A stretch of 63,398 nt of DNA, filler included, from Octopus bimaculoides (Eukaryota): NCBI RefSeq assembly GCF_001194135.2. It is 7 parts of 5 records of this genome, joined end to end, with 100 filler letters (N's around TTAATTAATTAA, not from the genome) between each part and the next. Parts side by side here need not be neighbours in the genome. Positions count along the whole stretch, not along the records: positions 31,477 to 40,666 come from NC_068985.1; positions 40,767 to 47,886 come from NC_068983.1; positions 47,987 to 50,682 come from NW_026430178.1; positions 50,783 to 54,413 come from NC_068997.1; 3 more parts are not named here. One strand, given 5' to 3'. The notes beneath the pieces were generated by a model that was not told where the DNA came from, did not search any database, and saw only the letters and a list, made by a program, of their open reading frames with translations. Positions 39,793 to 53,857 of the stretch are shown here, piece after piece (the first letter of the stretch is position 1; each line of letters starts with the position of its first letter). Made by a program: the position numbers and the translations under genes.

Positions 39793-39985
39793 GTATCTGT
39801 GTTTGTCCCCCACTATCGCTTGACAACCGATGCTGGCTTGTTTACGTCCCCGTAACTTAGCGGTTTGGCAAAAAGAGACCGATATAATAAGTACTAGGCT
39901 TACAAAGAATAAGTCCTGGGGTCGATTTGCTCCACTAAAGGCGGTGCTCCAGCATGGCCGCGATCAAATGACTGAAACAAACGAG
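39488..39985 (+). repeat. Full-length SINE family B with internal (TA)/(TG) microsatellite and a gap
   Basis: Head ggcgcaggcgtggctgtgtagtaag...ggttcagggttcaatccc; tail ggcggtgctccagcatggccgcgatcaaatgactgaaac. Confidence 0.9.
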
Positions 39986-40357
39986 AGAATGATGACTCGA
40001 GGTAATCAACCGAACTGAAGTGTCGCGATCCACCTCTTGTATTCAACGATCGAAAGAAGGAATAATGCAACTCATAGTGTCAATCCCGACTGTTTGGGGT
40101 TGGATGATGGACCTCGTTGAACGATGGAGGTGGGTCTGTAGGCATCTTGAAAAATATTGGTGTTCCTGTTAACACCCATAGTTGGATAGTAGGATAACAA
40201 ATTATTCTCGACCATTTAACAGTATTTTGTGTATATAAATGATTCTAAAGAGTTCTAATCCGACAATCGCTCAAACTGATCCCGCCATCGACAATTCCAA
40301 CGTCAGTTACTCCTTGCAAAGAATCTTGCTCCAATGTTCTAGATTAATTGTACAACG

Positions 40358-40930
40358 TAGGTGCGGGCGTGGCTGTGTGGTAAGAATCTCGCTTCCCAAC
40401 TACATGGTTCCAATCTCACTGCGTGGTACCGTGGGCAAATCTCTTCTATTATAACTTTGAAGCGACCAAAGCCTTGTGAGTGGATTTGGTAGACGGAAAC
40501 TAAAAGAATCATGACTTTGCCTTTCATCCTTTCGGGGTCGATAAATTAAGTACCAGTTACGCACTGGTGTCGATATAATCGACTTAATCCCTTTCTCTGT
40601 CCTTGTTTGTCCCCTCTATGTTTAGCCACTTGTGGGCAATAAAGAAATAATATATATATATATATANNNNNNNNNNNNNNNNNNNNNNNNNNNNNNNNNN
40701 NNNNNNNNNNTTAATTAATTAANNNNNNNNNNNNNNNNNNNNNNNNNNNNNNNNNNNNNNNNNNNNTATATATATATATATATATGTATGTATGTGTGTG
40801 TATATGTTTGTGTGTCTATGTTTGTCCCCCCAACATCGCTTGACAATCGATGCTTGTGTGTTTACGTCCCCGTAACTTGGCGGTTCAGCAAAAGAGACCG
40901 ATAGAATAAGTACTAGGCTTCCAAAGAGTA
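40358..40930 (+). repeat. Composite SINE block (family B head, family A 3' part, family B tail across a scaffold gap)
   Basis: Same diagnostic strings as the other copies. Confidence 0.7.
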
Positions 40931-41717
40931 AGAGTATACATACATACATATGCATAACTACACATATGTATACATATTCATATATACATGTGATCGTGAA
41001 TGTGTTTATTTAAATATATATATATACACACATACATATATACATATACACATTTATATATACACCTGTGTGTGCGTGTGTGTGTGCGTGCGTGTGTACG
41101 TGTCTAGAGTACAGTTGTTGGTTGGAAATGAGGCCAGAACCTAATAAAACCATTCACCCATATAATCTAGGTTATTTCAACATGAAATGGTAAAGAAATT
41201 GATAGGTAGAGACAGGGATAGACCGCAGAATGGGTGCAGTAGTCTATAAATAGTTTAGTACTGTACTCTCGCAGCCGTCTGCCGAATATATAAATAATAA
41301 TTAAATGAATAAACGAATAAATATAATGTGCAGTTGGTAATTAAAGATTATCATAACTTGAAGTTGAGATTGATATATCGCACCGAGAGTATTACTGTTA
41401 CTCTTGTTGCTATTACACTGAAGCGGCCAAGTCTCCTGCAGTAGATTTAGGTTTAAGATTAGAGGCAATCGTATGTTTGTAAAGCAGCATGTTGGTGTTG
41501 CACTTTCGATATTTAGAACTTTCACCATTTTGTCTAACAACATGTTTTACACTGTTTTGCAGTAATTTACTTGTGTGAGATACGTTTATTTAGTTCTTAA
41601 TCAGAAGTCGAGCGTCTGCGAGCAGATTTATGAACAAAGACACTCAAGCCTTCGCCATCTCGCTTTCTTTTTTAATATTATTCACGAAAATCATACCTTG
41701 GATTACATTATCCAGTG

Positions 41718-42325
41718 TATGAGGGTCGGTTGAAAAGTTTATAGGCTGACCAAGACATTCTCATGAATGTGACTAAATGAGGTTTATTTTTCAATATAGC
41801 CCCACCCCACTTGCTATCCACACACTTCTTCTATCGGTGTTGCAGTGCTTTGATCCCATTGGTGAAGAAGCTTTCATCCTGTTGCTCAAAAAAGTTATCA
41901 TCAACAAATATGACGTCATCATCATTGCGACACCCGTTCCCAGTCAAGTGTTTTTTCATGTTGGGGAAGAGTTGATAGTTAGATGGAGCTAAATAAAAAA
42001 AATAGGGAGGGAGATCAACCAGTTCAAAAGCCACAGTCACGCACAACAGCTACTAGAACCAAGGACTTGTGTGCTGGAGCCCTTTCGTCAGTTTTTCTGG
42101 GTGTTTGGTCTTAATAGCCTTTCGTACCTGCCTCAGCAAGTTGGCATGGTACTCTCCATTGACGGTGTGATCCTTTTGAAGATAGTCAATAAACACAACG
42201 TCATTTGCAGCTCCTAAAAACTGAAACTATCACCTCCCTGCAAATGAAACGACCTTGGGCTTCTTCGGAGCAGATGAAGAGGAGTGTTTTCACTGCATGG
42301 ATTGTCTATTTGTCTCTAGTTCAAT
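41718..42325 (-). mobile_element. Mariner (DD34D-type) transposase C-terminal relic with one TIR
   Basis: PPY...LAPSNYQLFPNMKKHLTG...FFEQQDESFFTNGIKALQHR (YSPDLAPSDY motif region); TIR-like tatgagggtcggttgaaaagtttatagg at 41718. Confidence 0.85.
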
Positions 42326-43436
42326 GCTAATAGCATTAGTTATTTGATTTATACTCGAATCGCAAAATGAGTTAGAATAAAGAAATAGATGTGTCAGCTT
42401 TCTAACAAAAAATAAAGATTGTCAAAATATAATAATGGCGCAAAATGAGCAGCTGTCAAAGTTTACCTTACTACAAATTTCATACTTGACGATCTAATAA
42501 CAATAAATTCATTTTCCCCCGATTCTGCCTGTCTGCTGAAAGGTATATGTAACTGAATAATTTACTAGTATTCGAGTAATACATTTTGCACGGCAGCCTT
42601 TAAAAATTTTGAACACAGCTCAAAGACTCTCAGTATTATAACCTCAATTCCTAATGCCTGCGGATTCCAGGTTGGAAACTGCTGGTACAGAAACACCGGC
42701 ATAGATTGCATTAGAAAAGTGAAAAGAAACCCTCAACTGTATGTTGGTTTGTCCATCAAGTTAGGTGGAGGCAGGCGTTGTTGTTGTCGTTGTATAGCTC
42801 TAGTTCATCCTGGATTGAGTAGATCCTTGTCACGCAAGTATTCAGTCGAACGACTAAACCTTTTCACTCTCAAATAAGCACAAATTAAAACAAATCAATC
42901 TCAATTTAAATTGAAGCACGTAAACTATGATTTAAGTTACATGAACTTTAATTTAAACCATTTGAGCTTACGTTTAAAACAAATGAATATCAATGTTAAA
43001 TACATAAAAATCGATTTAAAACAGAGCAGTTTTTATTTAAAGGAAAAGTTAGAGTATATGAGGTTATAAATTTTGAGAATAAAATTTATCCTTAAATAAT
43101 TGGAAGGATGCGAAGTTTAGTGCTGAAATTACTAATTAGATTATTCAAAACAGTTACCCATATTTCAGCTGGTGGTGTCAAATTTGAAGATTTGGCTGCT
43201 ATTTCTAGCAGTTCGGACAACCTCATAGATGTACGGTTGTTGGTTATACTTACACTCAGTGATATTTCCACCTCTTCTAGTCGATCCGACTCTAATCAAG
43301 AAATGGAGATGCGTTGAGATGTTTGTATACACATATGCCTATGCTATATACATTTTGATGTTGAATCTGACGAACAAAAATTGCTGTTTTTCTTTTTTCT
43401 TTTTCCAAGATTTTACTTGTAATATTCAATCACACA

Positions 43437-43647
43437 AAGGCAGCGAGTTGGCAGAATTGTTACCGTGCCGGACAAAATGTTTAGCGGCATTTCTTCCGAC
43501 TTTACGTTGTGAATTCAAATGTGGGGTCGACCCTGCCTTTCATCCTTTCGTGGTCGATAAAATAAGTACCAGTTATACACTGGAGTTGATCTAATCGACT
43601 GCCTTCTTCACTTAAAATTGCTTACCTTGTGTGCCAAAATTAGAAAG
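43437..43647 (+). repeat. SINE family A with TSD
   Basis: aatattcaatcacaca (43421-43436) and aatatttcatcacaca (43648-43663) flank a unit headed aaggcagcgagttggcagaa. Confidence 0.8.
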
Positions 43648-44624
43648 AATATTTCATCACACATAAATTATTAATTGGGCTAGCTACGATATAACAAACA
43701 TAAACCTCTGTGGTAAATAAAGAAAATTATTATCAACTCCTGGATCTTTAATAAAAACTCTTGTATAGAAAACCTTGATTCAGTCAAGTAATATCATAAA
43801 TTTGAACAAAATAACAGGTTTTAAATTAAGCATAATTTTTCTCACCTCACATTAGTTATGTTAATATGAATTTGATTTATTTTAATTTGATATTCATTTG
43901 TTGTAACTAAAAATTTATATTAAAGTTCATATAATTTAAATCGAAGTTTCGGTTGTTTTAATCTAATATTCAGTTGTTTTAATTTGAAATTCGCACTCCT
44001 AAACTGTTTAACATCATTACTATACTTGCAGGAAAACGATAGGGAAAACAAAAGATGTCTTTTTCTGCGTCTCACATCTCCCATATTGCATCACAACTTC
44101 CTAACTCTTCATCAAAAAAAAAGAGAAAAAAAAGGTCTCGGTCCGCAACGATTTTAACACTTCTGCTGATAAGCTACCCGATTAGCTGGTCGTCTTCCTT
44201 CAAATAACACACGATATAGACACAGCTCTCAAAATCTTTTCCACGTCTTGATCTATCTCCCCACCTACGAGTGGACAGTCACTAAGTGCAAACACATTTC
44301 TGATCACTCTACCAACAAGGTGACCTCAATCAGTCTACTCTAAAGTTAGTTTGTGTCCTCACCTGATTATTCAATTTATTTCCTTCTTTACTGGGATCTA
44401 ACGAAACACATAAACAAGGCGTTCAATTATCAACAGAGACAAACTCTTCGATTCTATTAAGAAACACGTTACAAGTTGTTTAGTTCCCAACAGAGTTTAC
44501 CTTTGTAAACAAACGGGGTAATCTTTATGAAGTCGCTCGATCTACCAGAAATAACATCTACATCTTCGCCAAACCACGTACCAGCTTCTTAAATAAACTG
44601 AACCAAATATTAATTGAGCGATAT

Positions 44625-44936
44625 GTTGTTGGCACTCCGTCGCTTACGACGTCGAGGGTTCCAGTTGATCCGATCAACGGAACAACCTGCTCGTGAAATT
44701 AACGTGCAAGTGGCTGAGCACTCCACAGACACGTGTACTCTTAGCGTAGTTCTCGGGGATATTCAGCGTGACACAGTGTGACAAGGCTGGCCCTTTGAAT
44801 TACAGGCACAACAGAAAGAGGAAGAAAGAGTGAGGGAAAGTTGTGGTGGAAGAGTACAGCAGGGTTCGCCACCATCCCCTGCCGGAGCCTCGTGGAGCTT
44901 TAGGTGTTTTCGCTAATAAGCACTCACAACGCCCGC
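44625..44936 (-). repeat. 5'-truncated SINE family C with 13-bp TSD
   Basis: aattgagcgatat at both 44612-44624 and 44937-44949. Confidence 0.9.
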
Positions 44937-45212
44937 AATTGAGCGATATAGTTGTTGATAAATAAAAAAGACGAGAAGATTAAGGTTTGGATGCTTTTGC
45001 ACATATGTATGCTCGGGCAGTGTTGACCAAGGGCTAAACAACAGTAACAACCACGTCTTTCATCACTTTGAGACTTACTGTCCACTCACAGAACCTGCAG
45101 AGCAAAATAGTCATAACTCTCTATCATCTACGTTGCGTACCAATGGAGTTCCACCTTTGAGAAATTCTGCGAAAGCATTGATATTACTTTGGCAACGCCT
45201 ATGCCAAAGTTC

Positions 45213-45595
45213 TGTGGAGGCGCAATGGCCCAGTGGATAAGGCAGCGGAATCGCGGTCATAGGATCGCGGTTTCAATTCCCAGACCAGGCGTTGTGAGTG
45301 TTTATCGAGCGAAAACACCTAAAAGCTCCACGAGGCTCCGGCAGGGGATGGTGGCGAACCCTGCTGTACTCTTTCACCACAATTTTCTCTCACTCTTACT
45401 TCCTGTTTCTGTTGTGCCTGTAATTCAAAGGGTCAGCTTTGTCACACTGTGTCACGCTGAATATCCCCGAGAACTACGTTAAGGGTACACGTGTCTGTGG
45501 AGTGCTCAGCCACTTGCACGTTAATTTCACGAGCAGGCTGTTCCGTTGATCGGATCAACTGGAACCCTCGTCTTCGTAAGCGACGGAGTGCCAAC
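45213..45595 (+). repeat. Full-length SINE family C with imperfect TSD
   Basis: atgccaaagttc (45201-45212) and ataccaaagttc (45596-45607); tRNA-like head. Confidence 0.9.
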
Positions 45596-46150
45596 ATACC
45601 AAAGTTCATCAATTTACTCCATTTTCCATCTCTTGAATCGGAAGTTTCCTTTCAATTTTACCATTGCCGCAGTAACCAATGTAGACCCTCGTCACACCCT
45701 ATTAATCTTGGTATGTCTCGAGTTTTGATTAATATCGACCGTAAGTTTCCTTCTATAGTTTAACAACTGATTTCTTGAAACGGGTGGATAACACTCACCT
45801 ATATACACCGTCTTCACACAAAATGTTATCTGTATGTACACTAGGCAATTCACGTCATACCTGCACACTAGGCATGGATATGGACGTCATACGCTATCAG
45901 AATTTCAACCTAATTACTATTATCTAGGACAGCACACAAAGATATTTTGCTTTCCTTCTGTCCGATTAAGAGAAATTATTTTGTTATCTTTGTCTCAGTA
46001 TACATACATATGTACATGTATGTATGTATGTATGTATGTATGTATGTATGTATGGATGGATGGATGGATGGTTGCATACAAACATACATAAATACATACG
46101 TACATAAATACATGCATACATACGTACACACACGCGCACGCACAGACATA

Positions 46151-46196
<46 letters not shown>

Positions 46197-48557
46197 CACA
46201 CACACATGTATACTATGATCCCAGCGCGATAAAAATCACTTTATTTAAAAGTACGCCCTCGGACAAGACAAAATATATTTCATTGGACTCATTGTTTTAA
46301 TTTAAATAGTGAAACTCATACGAAACGCACTTGAGTTGTTTCTTCTAAGTGGTGTGACGCACACACACACAAACATACATACATACATACATACATGCAT
46401 ACATACATACATATATATATATTCAGGTGATGGATATCGATATTTTACCATTTTTGTGGCTTATCAACATCACGTATCTGAATAGGACCAGGGACAAACT
46501 GAATCATCAGTCCATGACTATGTACAAATAGTAAAAGACCCATTTGCTAGTATGCCACGACGATGCATACGTAAGATTAAATTCAAATATGAATTAGAAG
46601 CATTGCACATTTTATATACAGTGTGTACTATATACTTACCATTGGAACTTTACACTTCTCGGGCCCTACCATCATGAATCTTACTGTACACTGATGTTGA
46701 TTTTTATCATACCAATCTAACACAGCTTCTCGAACCTTCAAAACTTTTCGAACTTTTGAACTGTCGTAGAACATAGGCTCGAAATATCAAAGACTTCTCC
46801 ATTTTTCCCGAGCGTCAAGCTTACACACTTGCTTGTTGTTACCTCACCTGTCTCTGTGGTTTGTTTTCTGTACATTTGGTCCATACATACTTATATACAT
46901 TCACACACAAACTCACTTATTCGCACACAGAAACACACATCCACAAGCATTTTTTTTTGACTGAGGAAGGCTAAAAAAGTAACGATTCGAGAAGTGTTCT
47001 TCAGTCAAAGACATGTCAGAGTAATGTGGGTGGAAGAACTAATCTGAGAGCAAAGAGCAAGTAATACCCAGCAGGTAGTCGATCAAAACAAAATTACTGT
47101 TACAAGATTGAAGTGATTGCAGCTGCCCTCTGTATGGTGTAGTGGTTATATAGCTAAGAGGAAGAAGAACAGAAACGTACTGCAGTGCGTCAAAAGAAGC
47201 CGGACATCTAGTATCAATCTTGCCGGGAATTTCTGGTTTCAGTGAGTTTATCAGAAGGCTTCTACAATAATAAATGCATTTGACAGCTGAAGAAAGGAGT
47301 GTTCGGTAATGCAGGATGTTGGATACGTGATCGTAAGGTTATAGTCTCAATTTCTGGACTAAAGAGTACGCCATGTAGCAAACTCATAAGAGGCGGAGAG
47401 AGAAATTATTGATTTCTCATTGGTTGAAAATTACTGCCCATATACAAATTTTGAACTTCGTTGAAGAAGTTGTTCACAGGGTTACGGTTCTATGATTCGT
47501 GTATGAGTATTTATAAAAACCCTGATTTTCGGCAAATCTCCAGTGATCGTTGGACGGCCACTCAAATCCACAACACTCACGCAAGTGATCGTTGGATGCC
47601 ACTCAAATCCACGACACTCACCCTTTTGAGTATTGGCTAATATACATGCCATGTTCGATACTCAAATCCGACAATTCAGCCATATCCTTGAGCAAGACAC
47701 TTCATTTCCTGTTAATCGAATACTAGTGTGGTCCTTTCTTCCTCTAGCAGTCGCAAACTTTATAATGTACTGGGTCAAGTAAGGGTGGGTCAAACGTATG
47801 TCATTTTCTGCTCGTGACTAAATGAACACCTCGAACAAACTACCATGTCATACTCGTCTCCGAGTGATGATGATGATCTTCATATANNNNNNNNNNNNNN
47901 NNNNNNNNNNNNNNNNNNNNNNNNNNNNNNTTAATTAATTAANNNNNNNNNNNNNNNNNNNNNNNNNNNNNNNNNNNNNNNNNNNNATATATATACACAC
48001 ACATATATATATATAGATATATACATAAAAAAAAAGACATCGCAAAAGCGAATAGACGCCATCATTTTTGGAAGATTTATTTCTAGAAAGAAAATGGCAT
48101 TTGATGTCTTTAAGTAATTAATCTCGTATTTAACAGACATGATGTCTTGAGCATAATACATTAGGATCAAAGGACCAGGCAATGACTGCACTGATGTAAC
48201 AATATAATGCAGGGTGTCTATTTACTATTGATATAAATATATGTCTTTATCTATATATATATACACGCGCGCACACACAAATTTGGGTTGTGTACAAACA
48301 AAAGAAAAAATACTCATTCAAGTTTTGCATGCATTTTCCTTGTTTGTAAACTCAGACATGTATGTGCAAGTATATATATATGTATGTATATGTATGTATA
48401 TATACTCAGTATTACTCAGTATGCATTCATGTATGTATGTGTATATATATACAAATATATATATATATGTATATANNNNNNNNNNNNNNNNNNNNNNNNN
48501 NNNNNNNNNNNNNNNNNNNNNNNNNNNNNNNNNNNNNNNNNNNNNNNNNNNNNNNNN

Positions 48558-48602
<45 letters not shown>

Positions 48603-48833
48603 GACAAACATATTGACAACTTCTATCTCTTTACTCAACTGAAGATGATGGTAGACACAACATCACCTGATGATATTTGTACATTTTTTCTATTCTTTCA
48701 GTTCATGCTTTCACATGTTGTATTATTCTTTTCTTTTTGTTATGCTTTTGTTTACATTTTATTATTATTTTTTAACTTAACAAACCTGTAATTGCATATA
48801 TTCATTTACACACACATTCCTGGTGTTATATAA

Positions 48834-48866
<33 letters not shown>

Positions 48867-48907
48867 CATACTCATTTATACACACACACACACATATATA
48901 CATACTC

Positions 48908-48942
<35 letters not shown>

Positions 48943-48959
48943 CACACACATCCTTTGTG

Positions 48960-48993
<34 letters not shown>

Positions 48994-49384
48994 GCTTTAA
49001 TAATTTGGTTAGACATTGCAAGACTAATAATGTTTTGCAGAACGCAACAGACATATGCTTCAGAACAAAGTGTTAGACAAGTATAGAGCAAGAATAAGAA
49101 GAAAAAAAACAATGACAAACAGAAAAACAATAATCTTATGAACTTCATTGGCTTACAGGTGTTTCTGCTGTGAGATACAGTGCACACTTAGTTGAGTGCT
49201 TGAGTTATACCTTATATCTTCATCAGAACTTTGAATGTGTAAGTGTGTGAAGTGCAATTTCTAGCACTCAACTGTGAGTTCATTGCATCTTGTAGCAGAA
49301 ACGGCTGTAAGCCAATGAAGTTCGTAGGGTAATCATTTATTCCCTTTGTCATTCTTTTTCTTTTATTAATATATATATATATAT

Positions 49385-49459
<75 letters not shown>

Positions 49460-49923
49460 TACGTACATGATGATAATGGTGAACAATGAGAACAAGTGCT
49501 CAGCACCTCATTCAATGATTAAGTATATTCTTTATTTGTGGAGTAGCAATGCTACCATGGGTTTCATGCGGTTAACTTTGTAATTTTCAAGTACCAACAT
49601 TTGGTACGCTTGTAAATTGGGGAATTTTTTCCATGAAACCATTGGTAGCATTGTTAAATCCACAAATAAAAAAATGTGTGTGTGTGTGTGTGTATATTAC
49701 ATACTATGTAATACTGTTAGTGTTATACACACATATGTACATACATACATTATATATACATGCATATATGCAAATAAAAGCATACAAACAACTGCAGACA
49801 CATGAAGTCAATACTATAAATACACATATACATACATGGATGCTTGTAAGCATGCATACCTACATATGCACAAACATACCACATGTGCATATGCTAGTGT
49901 TTTTTTACTCCTACAGATGTGTG

Positions 49924-49970
<47 letters not shown>

Positions 49971-50362
49971 NNNNNNNNNNNNNNNNNNNNNNNNNNNNNN
50001 NNNNNNNNNNNNNNNNNNNNNNNNNNNNNNNNNNNNNNNNNNNNNNNNNNNNNNNNNNNNNNNNNNNNNNNNNNNNNNNNNNNNNNNNNNNNNNNNNNNN
50101 NNNNNNNNNNNNNNNNNNNNNNNNNNNNNNNNNNNNNNNNNNNNNNNNNNNNNNNNNNNNNNNNNNNNNNNNNNNNNNNNNNNNNNNNNNNNNNNNNNNN
50201 NNNNNNNNNNNNNNNNNNNNNNNNNNNNNNNNNNNNNNNNNNNNNNNNNNNNNNNNNNNNNNNNNNNNNNNNNNNNNNNNNNNNNNNNNNNNNNNNNNNN
50301 NNNNNNNNNNNNNNNNNNNNNNNNNNNNNNNNNNNNNNNNNNNNNNNNNNNNNNNNNNNNNN

Positions 50363-50405
<43 letters not shown>

Positions 50406-50650
50406 GCATATGCACACACAAACCTATATATATATATGTCAGTGTGTGCATTTAAACATTCATACAAAACAGAGAAATAATTGTATATATATATATTTCA
50501 CACACAGCACACAAACGCTGAATAGCTATGAACAAAAAAAGGAGAGTGGGACAGTGAAATAGTTGTGGTGGTAGCTGGCTGCATGAAATAATGGCTTGTA
50601 ACTTAATCATTTTTGTAATGAGTGTATATTCTCATATGTGTGTGTATGTG

Positions 50651-50682
<32 letters not shown>

Positions 50683-51039
50683 NNNNNNNNNNNNNNNNNN
50701 NNNNNNNNNNNNNNNNNNNNNNNNNNTTAATTAATTAANNNNNNNNNNNNNNNNNNNNNNNNNNNNNNNNNNNNNNNNNNNNACAAAGAAAGAGAAAAAA
50801 AAAAAACACACTGAGAGTTTAGCGTCTCATTGGTCATTTTTTCGTAGTTATTTTGCTGTTCTTTTTTCTCTCTTTTTACCTCTTTCTCTTTTTCTTCTTC
50901 GTTTTCTTTGCTTTCGTCTTCAGGTTCTTAGTCTTGCACGCTTTCTTCTTCTGTTCTTTTAAAGCCTTGCGCCTTAAATACACTAATTAGTCGTAGTAAT
51001 TACACTACAAGCCTGTCTGACCGTTGTCTATCTTTCTCC

Positions 51040-51083
<44 letters not shown>

Positions 51084-51215
51084 ACCTGTCTATGTCGCTC
51101 TTCATCTATTTCTGTTTCTTTTCTTATATTTTTGTTATTGTACTCGTTTACTCCCTCACGCTCTTTTCACACTCCTTTTAACATGTGTATAATCACTGTG
51201 ACTGTATTCTCTCTT

Positions 51216-51275
<60 letters not shown>

Positions 51276-52079
51276 NNNNNNNNNNNNNNNNNNNNNNNNN
51301 NNNNNNNNNNNNNNNNNNNNNNNNNNNNNNNNNNNNNNNNNNNNNNNNNNNNNNNNNNNNNNNNNNNNNNNNNNNNNNNNNNNNNNNNNNNNNNNNNNNT
51401 ATATATATATATATATATATATATATGCATATATCTATATATATAGACATAAACAGGCATATATAAATGCGTGTGTAAATATATGTATATTTATATACGT
51501 ACGTACATAGGTGTCTATGTGCCTGTGTGTAAATAGTCAAGTGTGAGCAAGGAGAAAAAGAAGTACTCAATACAAGTTTGATATAATGCGCTGGAAATTA
51601 TTTCTCCTAATTTCTCGATTCCAAGCTCCGGAAAGCAATCACACACACACACACACACGCACATACACACACGCACGTACACAGACGCACCCCCCCCCNN
51701 NNNNNNNNCACACGCACGTACACAGACGCACCCCCCCCACACACGTTTGTGTTTCCATGTGCGCATTTCTCTCTACTTACTATGACAAACGCACGCTTCT
51801 GTACACACACACACATGCACAAAAGCACTCACACAAGCACCGTGTGCTATACTCACTGAAGGTCACACGCACACCCACAGATTCACTGTTTTATGTTACA
51901 CACACTCACCGTTTTACACACACAAACCATGCAACCACACACAAAACACAAACACTCACACTCGTTCACGGACACAAACACACACATATACATACACGCA
52001 CATGTGACACATGCAAACAATAACAATAGAATAACAAAGTCCTAAGTCAGCCATTTTTTCATATTTCTATCTCTAATTT

Positions 52080-52091
52080 GTTGTTGTTGTT

Positions 52092-52122
<31 letters not shown>

Positions 52123-52148
52123 ATATAATAACAATAGTAATGATAATG

Positions 52149-52242
<94 letters not shown>

Positions 52243-52575
52243 TAATAATAATAACATCTATTTCTTTATTGCCCACAGGGGGCTAAACATAGAGGGGACA
52301 AAAAAGGACAGACAAACGGATTAAGTTGATTACATCCACCCCAGTATGTAACTGGTACTTATTTAATCGACACTGAAAGGATGAAAGGCAAAGTCGACAT
52401 TATTATTATAATTATTATCATTTTGTTAAGGTGGTGAAAGACAGCGAGATGGCAGAAACGTTAGCATGCCGGGCGAAACTCTTAGCGGCATTTAATCCGT
52501 CTTATGTTTTGTGTTCAAATTCCGCCGAGGTCGATTTTGCATTTCATCCTTTCGGGGTCGATAAATTAAGTACTA
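52080..52575. repeat. (TTA)n/(TAA)n microsatellite followed by oppositely oriented SINE family A pieces
   Basis: Trinucleotide tracts at 52080-52256; minus-strand SINE 3' part at ~52257-52399; plus-strand SINE at ~52430-52575. Confidence 0.75.
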
Positions 52576-53104
52576 GTGAAACAATGAGTTAGATATATAT
52601 ATATGTATACACGTCACCTTAAGTCGGACAGATGAGAGAGAAATGCTCAATATGTGTCGCAAAAGATATGGCGTTTTTTTTATGTTGAAAGTGAAACTGA
52701 AATTTTGATTCTGAAATCGACTTTGACGACACTCGTCTGACGATCGCTGTGGCATGAAACTCGAGACGCGAGACAAATTCTTCAATTTCAACAAAACAAA
52801 ATCTGTGCATACATGAATACATGCAAACATGCATAGATACAACAGACACACATGCATACGTACATACATATATATATACGATTTTATATGTTGATATAAC
52901 ACAGGAATATGCATTTAGAAAATGCGATGTTAGGAGGAGGAATCGAGGTTAGATAAAAAGGTAGAACAGCAGTGAGGCGAAATTCCGAGTCCGGACAATA
53001 CATCTTCACTGCAAACAGTATTTCACAGAATTATTATTTTTGTTTTAATTCAGCACTTCACTGCTTTTTGGTGAATCAACATAAATGTTTGTGCGTGCGT
53101 ATAC

Positions 53105-53155
<51 letters not shown>

Positions 53156-53221
53156 ATACATATATATACATAGTAATATTAGTGGTCTGTCTGATACATA
53201 CATATCGTATACAATCTTACA

Positions 53222-53264
<43 letters not shown>

Positions 53265-53784
53265 TATTTATATATATATATATATCTTAAATAATTGAGA
53301 CAGAGAAAAAAGCACGGGGGAATGACAATTGCTGTTGGTTACTCGCAAATAAAGTAATGTTTTAGGGCAACATTTCAATAAAGACACCATAGCTGGGAGG
53401 AGATAACAATAATTGTTATCGATCACTTACCAAATTGCTCCAAAGAACAGTGAACAGCCAAAGAAATCGACTGGCAATAGCAGATAAATATATTTTACTC
53501 CACTTGGCCTCTCTAATCTCAGAATTACTGCAAAATGAGGTTTATTTTATAGTTCTTCATATTTCTGCGTATTCACGCAAACTGAAATTTTGTTTCATTC
53601 ATTTAAATGCATACATGACAATTGTTCGCTTCCATTTAATTGTGTATCGAAGCTAAACTATATTTTCCCCTTTTCTGTTCTTGAAGTTATCAATCGCCTC
53701 TCTTACGTTGTTTCTAGTCACCCACTAAATATATTCATGTTTTTCTTCCGTAGGATCTCGATATTTCATAACCCCCTGATTTAA

Positions 53785-53804
53785 TATAGATCTATCTATC
53801 TATA

Positions 53805-53857
<53 letters not shown>

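Noticed and set aside
43108-43317. ORF with a tttcag acceptor (AGGVKFEDLAAISS...)
   Set aside because: Contains the dispersed repeat string gctgctatttctagcag, also seen in variant form near 6280, 44540 and 62535; repeat-derived.
47542-47621. Two ~39-bp direct repeats (agtgatcgttgga...ccactcaaatccac.acactcac), superficially CRISPR-like
   Set aside because: Only two units, 3-nt spacer, eukaryotic context and no cas genes; a local tandem duplication.
51665-51740. Repeat acacgcacgtacacagacgcaccccccc on both sides of a small gap
   Set aside because: Same contig-overlap artefact.
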